Shown here: positions 58,428 to 64,000 of the stretch, piece after piece | How the letters are laid out: the number at the start of each line of letters is the position of its first letter | Position numbering within the stretch: the stretch's first letter is position 1 | Source: Treponema sp. | GTDB lineage: Bacteria; Spirochaetota; Spirochaetia; Treponematales; Treponemataceae | Length of the DNA: 64,000 bases | Assembly: GCA_016296655.1 (NCBI GenBank) | Contig: JAEDIW010000009.1 | Span: forward strand, 174 to 64,173 | Direction of reading: 5' to 3' | Notes under the pieces: model-generated | The model's input: the letters and a program-made list of their open reading frames with translations, nothing else | Told to the model about the DNA's origin: nothing | Databases searched by the model: none | Made by a program: the position numbers and the translations under genes

Positions 58428-58640
58428 TGTGTGAAGGATGCGCAAGGCGCAAAGCGGCCACTGGACTGACTGAGGCATGATTTTTAGCTGGAAAAATTTT
58501 TGGATGGGCGGCGGGTTTACGGAGTATGGGACAGACCTGTTCAGTTTGCAGGAAGGAAGCGGCTGAGCGGTAGCGAACCTGGAGCAGCCTGACGGCATTT
58601 CTGTAGGGCTTGCCCGTAAGAGATGCCGGCACGCCCATAT
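58428..58640 (+). repeat. Structured intergenic element, family C copy 5
   Basis: GTGTG/CACGC P1; AGGATGCGCAAGG (58435) pairs with CCTGGAGCAGCCT (58578); AAGCGGCTGAGCGGTAGCGAACC resembles 27842-27868; ends CGCCCATATAAAAAAA. Confidence 0.78.
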
Positions 58641-58661
58641 AAAAAAAGAAAAAAACTTAGG

Positions 58662-58690
58662 TTGACGCACTGGTTTTGAGAACATATACT
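58662..58690 (+). promoter_or_regulatory. sigma70 promoter of the first amino-acid SBP
   Basis: TTGACG-17 bp-TATACT. Confidence 0.7.
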
Positions 58691-58719
58691 GACTTCATTG
58701 AAAATTTTGGGGGAATTTT

Positions 58720-59511
58720 ATGAAAAAATTATTACTGATTGCTTTTGTCGCATGTATGCTGTTTTCTTCCTGTAGTAAAAAATCTGACGGTGGAATGGTT
58801 TTAAAGGCCGGGGAATTTTCTGTCGGCGTAAATGTTGCTTATCCTCCGTTTGAATATTATGGCTCAGATGGAAAAACGGCTCTTGGTTTTGATATTGAAT
58901 TGGGGAACGCGATTGCAAAAAAGCTGGGGCTTGAGGCAAAAATCGTTGATGTTGCATGGGAAGGTATTTTTGCAGGGCTTGATACGAATAAATATGACTG
59001 TGTAATTTCTGCAATTACGATTATTCCTGAAAGGGAAGCGGCTTACGAGCTTTCAAAACCGTATGTCGGCAACGGTCAGGCAATTATTTTGAAGAAGGGG
59101 TCTGCCTTGAAAATTTCAAAGCCTGAAGATTTGAGAGGTTTGATCATAGGTTACCTTTCTGAATCAACATCGGACATATTTATGACAAAAAAGGCTGAAA
59201 GCGGACTGAAATTTACGGCTGCAGAATATGACGATGCAATGAACTCTTTTGCGGATTTAAAAAATGGCCGCTGTGATGCAGTTGTTTCGGATTCTCTGGT
59301 TGCTGCTGAGTATGTTTCGGGAGATGATTCTCCTTTTATAATTGTCTGGCAGGGTAAGGCTGAAGAGTTTATGGGCATTGCAATGAAAAAGGGAAATCTT
59401 GAGTTGAAAAATGCTGTAAATAAGGCTCTTGACGAACTTGCTGCAGACGGAACTTTAAAGGCTTTGTCTGAAAAGAATTTTGGAAGGGACATTGTTTCTG
59501 ATCTTTGGTAA
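58720..59511 (+). CDS. Polar amino-acid ABC transporter substrate-binding lipoprotein (family 3)
   Basis: LFSSC lipobox, YPPFEY, GFDIEL, DLKNGRCDA. Confidence 0.93.
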   Translation: MKKLLLIAFVACMLFSSCSKKSDGGMVLKAGEFSVGVNVAYPPFEYYGSDGKTALGFDIELGNAIAKKLGLEAKIVDVAWEGIFAGLDTNKYDCVISAITIIPEREAAYELSKPYVGNGQAIILKKGSALKISKPEDLRGLIIGYLSESTSDIFMTKKAESGLKFTAAEYDDAMNSFADLKNGRCDAVVSDSLVAAEYVSGDDSPFIIVWQGKAEEFMGIAMKKGNLELKNAVNKALDELAADGTLKALSEKNFGRDIVSDLW

Positions 59512-59552
59512 AGTTTGACAGGTAATATCCAGAGAGAATTTTTGCGTTTTTG

Positions 59553-59594
59553 AAACAGGCACTGAAGTTTAGGCTTTCAGATGCCTGTTTTTTT
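59553..59594 (+). terminator. Terminator between the two SBP genes
   Basis: AAACAGGCACTGAAG...TTTCAGATGCCTGTTT plus T tract. Confidence 0.75.
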
Positions 59595-59595
59595 A

Positions 59596-59640
59596 TGAAA
59601 AATTATTCAATAACTTATTGAATAAATGTATAAATATGCA
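59596..59640. promoter_or_regulatory. Candidate ARG boxes (ArgR/AhrC operators)
   Basis: TGAAAAATTATTCA (59596) and TGTATAAATATGCA (59627) overlap TTGAAT-18-TAGGAT. Confidence 0.5.
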
Positions 59641-59810
59641 ATAGGATTGAAAGGTCTTAGGAAAATGCTGGAGAAATGCGGTGTGCCGGGCTTTTTGGAT
59701 AGGCAGTTTGCAAAATCAGTTTGCGGAGGTCTGCTTGTTCATTCGGCTGGAACTGGATGTTCTGGAAAAAAGCATTTTTTAAGATGCCATTAATTTTTCT
59801 GGAGGGAGTT

Positions 59811-60617
59811 ATGAAAAAATTATTAAAGGCTGGAATTGCATCTTTTTTGATTGCCGTTTCGGGAATGGCATTTGCAGGCGGTGGAAAGGAATCTGAAAAA
59901 CCTTTGATTCAGGATGGTGTGCTTAAAATTGGTATGGAAGTAGGCTATCCTCCGTTTGAATATTTTGACAAGGACGGCAAGACGCCTATTGGGTTTGATG
60001 TTGAACTGGGAAAGGCAGTTGCAGAAAAACTTGGACTGAAGCCTGAATTTATTGACACTGCATGGGATGGAATTTTTGCTGGTGTTGATACAAAAAAATA
60101 CGACTGCATAATGTCGGCTGTTACAATTACGGAAGAACGCAAGGCAAAATATGGTTTTGCAGGTCCTTACATTGGCAACGGTCAGTCTATTGTAATTTTG
60201 AAAGATTCTAAATTAGGTATAAAGTCTCCTGAAGACTGCAAAGGTCTTAGGGTAGGCTATCAGGCTGAAACAACTTCTGACATTTTTATGACAAAAAAGG
60301 CTGAAGGCGGCTTGAAATTTGAAGCCTGCGAATATGACAAGGTTATGAATGCCTTTGATGATTTGAGACTTGGCAGATGTGATGCCGTTTGTGCAGATTC
60401 TTTGGTTTCCGTTGACTATGTTGCAAAAGAGGACAGTCCGTTTGTAATTGTATGGCAGGGAGTTCCTGATGAATTTTTTGGCGTATGCCTGAAAAAAGAC
60501 AATGCTGAGCTGCAGAAAATGCTCTCAAAAGCTATTGCAGAATTGTTTAAAGAAGGTAAAATAAAAGAAATATCCATGAAAATTTTCAATATGGATATGG
60601 TGTCTAACATACAGTAA
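59811..60617 (+). CDS. Polar amino-acid ABC transporter substrate-binding protein, paralog of upstream gene
   Basis: GGAGG SD; signal peptide ...AFA/GGGKE; YPPFEY, GFDVEL. Confidence 0.93.
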   Translation: MKKLLKAGIASFLIAVSGMAFAGGGKESEKPLIQDGVLKIGMEVGYPPFEYFDKDGKTPIGFDVELGKAVAEKLGLKPEFIDTAWDGIFAGVDTKKYDCIMSAVTITEERKAKYGFAGPYIGNGQSIVILKDSKLGIKSPEDCKGLRVGYQAETTSDIFMTKKAEGGLKFEACEYDKVMNAFDDLRLGRCDAVCADSLVSVDYVAKEDSPFVIVWQGVPDEFFGVCLKKDNAELQKMLSKAIAELFKEGKIKEISMKIFNMDMVSNIQ

Positions 60618-60705
60618 AACTTCCTGAAAAAGTTTTTACAGATGCTGGAATAATTTTACCGGAATAATCTTATAGGAAATTGCGGAGTTTTGAGTTTTTG
60701 CTTAA

Positions 60706-60841
60706 GGAAACACTGAATAAATCCTATTGAGGATTTTTCAGTGTTAACCTTAAATGTAGCTAATTGTCCGTAAGTCAAAGACTTACGGCAATTTGACGGG
60801 AAGTGCTGAGTAATCGCTTCAAAGTGTTAATCAGCACTTCC
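60706..60841. mobile_element. MITE family B, full copy (136 bp), TTAA direct repeats, inverted relative to 30063
   Basis: TTAA|GGAAACACTGAATAA...TTAATCAGCACTTCC|TTAA. Confidence 0.88.
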
Positions 60842-60988
60842 TTAAGACTCGAAAAATAAAAACGGCATTTAGCTTTCGTTGAGGAAAGTCTGGCTGATTT
60901 TATTGAAGATCGGCCAGTTTTCCTTGAAAATCAGTTTGTGCTGATTAGGAAAGCTTTGAAGCTTGATTTTATATTGCAGTTATAGGGA

Positions 60989-61660
60989 ATGAAGATGAAG
61001 TTTGTAAAAGATGTTATTGGCTGGATTCCAAGTTTGCTTGATGGTGCAAAAATCACAATTTCGCTGACGTTGGTTTCTGTTGGTGCTGGCCTGATTTTGG
61101 CACTGTTTCTTGCGCTTGGCAAAATGTCAAAAAGGAAATGGCTGAATAAATTATGTTCTGGCTATATTTTCTTTTTCAGAGGAACACCGCTTCTGATGCA
61201 GCTTTATTTTGTTTACTATGGACTGCCTCAGCTTACGCCTCTTTTAACGATAAACAACAGGTTCTTGGCAGCCTTTATTGCCTTTGCGTTGAATTCTGCA
61301 GCTTATACGGCTGAAATAATCAGGGCTGCAATTCAGTCTATTGATAAAGGGCAGTTTGAAGCCGCTCATGCACTTGGCATGAATTATGCGCAGACTATGA
61401 AACTGATTATTGTTCCGCAGTCAATCAGGCGGCTCATTCCTCCTGTAGGAAATGAATTTATTATGGTTTTGAAAGATGCCTCTTTGGTTTCAATCATTGC
61501 ACTGGCTGATATTACAAAGGTTACCCGCAGTATTTCTTCTTCTACGGCTTCCGCTATGGTTTACATTCCTGCAATGATTTTATATTTGATAATAACCGCA
61601 GTATTTACTTTGATTTTTAATAAACTTGAAAAAAAATATTCTGTTTATGAAAACAACTGA
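60989..61660 (+). CDS. Polar amino-acid ABC transporter permease
   Basis: FRGTPLLMQL, SAAYTAEIIRAAI, GQFEAAHALG, LKDASL. Confidence 0.95.
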   Translation: MKMKFVKDVIGWIPSLLDGAKITISLTLVSVGAGLILALFLALGKMSKRKWLNKLCSGYIFFFRGTPLLMQLYFVYYGLPQLTPLLTINNRFLAAFIAFALNSAAYTAEIIRAAIQSIDKGQFEAAHALGMNYAQTMKLIIVPQSIRRLIPPVGNEFIMVLKDASLVSIIALADITKVTRSISSSTASAMVYIPAMILYLIITAVFTLIFNKLEKKYSVYENN

Positions 61661-61765
61661 TCAGGCAGTTTGTCGGGTTTCTGTTTTTTAGTGATGTATT
61701 TTGGATGTGAAAATTTGAATTATCTGCACGGAAAATGCTGATGCAGGCTTTTATAGGGGTGTTCC

Positions 61766-62530
61766 ATGTCAATGATAAAAACTGAAAATATATGCAAGAA
61801 TTTTGGCGAGCTTCAGGTTTTAAAAAATGTTTCCCTGACGGTTGAACCGCAGGAAGTTGTTTGTATTATAGGTCCGTCTGGTGCCGGAAAATCGACTTAT
61901 TTGAGAACTTTGAATCATCTTGAAAAAATCAATCATGGAAAGATTTATATAGAAGACAAACTCCTTGATCATTATGAAAACAGTGAGCGGAAATTTAAAT
62001 TGCCCTCTCATGAACGGCAGCAGTATCTTCTGGATGTAGGTATGGTTTTCCAGCGGTTCAATCTTTTTCCGCATAAGACTGTTCTGGAAAATGTAATGAT
62101 TGCTCCTGTAAATGTCTGCAAAGTTCCTGTAGCCAAGGCAAAGGAAACGGCTGTTGATTTGCTTAACCGTGTCGGGCTAGGAGACAAGCTGGAATTTTAT
62201 CCTGCACAGCTTTCAGGTGGTCAGCAGCAGCGTGTTGCAATTGCAAGGGCTCTTGCTATGAAGCCAAAAATCATGCTGTTTGATGAACCGACTTCTGCCC
62301 TTGACCCTGAACTTGTAGGTGAAGTTCTGACAGTTATGAAAAAACTTGCTGAAGATGGCATGACGATGATTGTTGTAACTCATGAAATGGGATTTGCAAG
62401 GGAAGTTGCCGACCGCGTTGTATTTATGGCTGACGGAAAAATTGAAGAAATTGGTACTCCACAGGAAATCTTCCAGCAGCCGAAAAACGAACGACTCAGG
62501 CAGTTTTTGAAATCTGTTATTTCTCAGTAA
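61766..62530 (+). CDS. Polar amino-acid ABC transporter ATP-binding protein (GlnQ family)
   Basis: [41 protein letters not shown]. Confidence 0.96.
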   Translation: MSMIKTENICKNFGELQVLKNVSLTVEPQEVVCIIGPSGAGKSTYLRTLNHLEKINHGKIYIEDKLLDHYENSERKFKLPSHERQQYLLDVGMVFQRFNLFPHKTVLENVMIAPVNVCKVPVAKAKETAVDLLNRVGLGDKLEFYPAQLSGGQQQRVAIARALAMKPKIMLFDEPTSALDPELVGEVLTVMKKLAEDGMTMIVVTHEMGFAREVADRVVFMADGKIEEIGTPQEIFQQPKNERLRQFLKSVISQ

Positions 62531-62677
62531 AAATCGTAAAGTGCGGGGCGAATTGTTACTTTTTTTTCAGGCAACCCCGCTGCTTTTGAAAATCCTTTTT
62601 TAATCAATTAAAATTCAGTTTTAAATTATTTTAGAATCTCTGTAATCTTTTTTTATATAAAGCTATACTGAAACTCT

Positions 62678-64000
62678 ATGAAATTTAAGCGATTTTTGGG
62701 ATTGAATGCCCCTGAAAAACTTCTTTTTTCAAACAGGGATTTGCTTCGCCTTATCTGGCCTCTGATTGTTGAACAGCTGCTGCATATAACAGTTGGTATG
62801 GCAGACATAATGATGGTGTCGACGCTGGGAGAAGCTTCGGTCAGTGGTGTTTCGCTTGTCGATGCAATAATGATTCTGATAATTCAGGTGTTTGCAGCTC
62901 TTGGGACTGGTGGTGCTGTTGTTGCATCTCAATATGTCGGGCGAAAAGATGAACAGCTTGCTGGAAAGACTGCAAGACAGCTTTTGTATGTAATCGTTGT
63001 AATTTCTATGATTCTTGTTGTTTTTGGGCGTTTTGCACAGGATGCGCTGCTTTCTTTGGTTTTTGGAAATATTGATAAGGAAGTTTTTGCAGCTGCCAGC
63101 AGGTATTTTTTGTGGACGATTTATTCGTTGCCAGGTGTTGCCCTGTACTGTGGCTGTTCTGCGCTGTTTAGGGCTCAGGGAAATTCAAAAATTTCCATGC
63201 TGATTTCTGTGCTTATAAACATTTTAAATATATGCGGCAATGCGTTCTTTCTTTTTGTGTTGCATTGGGGTGTAGAAGGTGTTGCCTTGCCGACTCTTAT
63301 TTCCCGTCTTGCTGCCGCTGTCATTCTTCTGTTTTTGCTTTACAGGGCAAAGGAATATCATGGCAGGACACCTATTTCAATTCGTGGAATTTCTCATGTT
63401 GAATTTGATTTTAAATTGATTCGGAAAATTCTTTATGTCGGCATTCCAAATGGTCTTGAAAATGGTGTTTTTCAGGTTGGAAAAATTCTGGTTTTGTCGC
63501 TTATTGCAACTTATGGAACTTGTGCAATTGCTGCAAATGCTGCAGGGAATACGCTTGCAATGCTGCAGACTTTGCCGGGTGGTGCATGTGGACTTGCGCT
63601 TTTAACTGTTGCAGGGCAGTGTCTGGGGGCTGGCAAACCAGATCAGGCTGCTTACTATACAAAAAAAATTATGGTGATTGCCTATTCTGCCATGCTGGTT
63701 TTAAACATTCCTTTGCTTGCTTTTTGTATGCAGATTCTTAGGTTTTATAATATGTCAGAAGAAACTACTCGGCTTGCCTGGCTCATGGGAATGTGTCATG
63801 GCTTTTGGGCTGTAATCATTTGGCCTATTTCTTTTGCTTTTCCTTGTGCTTTGCGGGCTGCCGGCGAGGCTTTGTTTACAATGGTTGTTTCTGTTTCTTC
63901 GATGTGGATTGTTCGCATTGGTGTAAGTTATCTTTGTAAATATACTGATATTTTCGGATTGGTTGAATTTATGCACTGGCCTGCATCTTTTGGAGCATTG
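62678..64000 (+). CDS. MATE family efflux transporter (3' truncated by window edge; not in ORF track)
   Basis: Hand translation MKFKRF...LIWPLIVEQLL..TVGMADIMMVSTLGEASVSGVSLVD...TGGAVVASQYVG. Confidence 0.92.
   Translation, partial: MKFKRFLGLNAPEKLLFSNRDLLRLIWPLIVEQLLHITVGMADIMMVSTLGEASVSGVSLVDAIMILIIQVFAALGTGGAVVASQYVGRKDEQLAGKTARQLLYVIVVISMILVVFGRFAQDALLSLVFGNIDKEVFAAASRYFLWTIYSLPGVALYCGCSALFRAQGNSKISMLISVLINILNICGNAFFLFVLHWGVEGVALPTLISRLAAAVILLFLLYRAKEYHGRTPISIRGISHVEFDFKLIRKILYVGIPNGLENGVFQVGKILVLSLIATYGTCAIAANAAGNTLAMLQTLPGGACGLALLTVAGQCLGAGKPDQAAYYTKKIMVIAYSAMLVLNIPLLAFCMQILRFYNMSEETTRLAWLMGMCHGFWAVIIWPISFAFPCALRAAGEALFTMVVSVSSMWIVRIGVSYLCKYTDIFGLVEFMHWPASFGAL

Overview
Core-genome segment of a spirochaete, most likely a gut or rumen Treponema (inferred from the secY-rpmJ-rpsM-rpsK-rpoA-rplQ order without adk/map/infA/rpsD, clade-X Pfk and Asp-type MurA). 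1-12.3 kb is the S10-spc-alpha ribosomal supercluster, ending in an unexplained 71-aa Zn-ribbon gene. The rest is housekeeping and metabolic: liv ABC transporter, tkt, pfk, cstA, NlpC/P60, acyl-CoA synthetase, lgt, MinD-like ATPase, ctpA-rsmE-WecB-bEBP, trmJ, STAS, murA-pepT-era, a porin-like OMP, glgX-glgP, rpsU, a polar amino-acid ABC transporter and a MATE pump. I saw no transposase, prophage, CRISPR array, tRNA or rRNA. The unusual signal is intergenic. (1) Five copies of a strand-asymmetric three-way-junction element share a scaffold, differ in internal helices and end in A-rich tails. (2) A modular MITE family has YTAR target duplications, and two copies bracket the NlpC/P60 gene. (3) An oriC-like DnaA-box cluster lies away from dnaA. 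(4) At least seven genes look leaderless, including two divergent pairs. All structures and alignments were read by eye and need computational confirmation.
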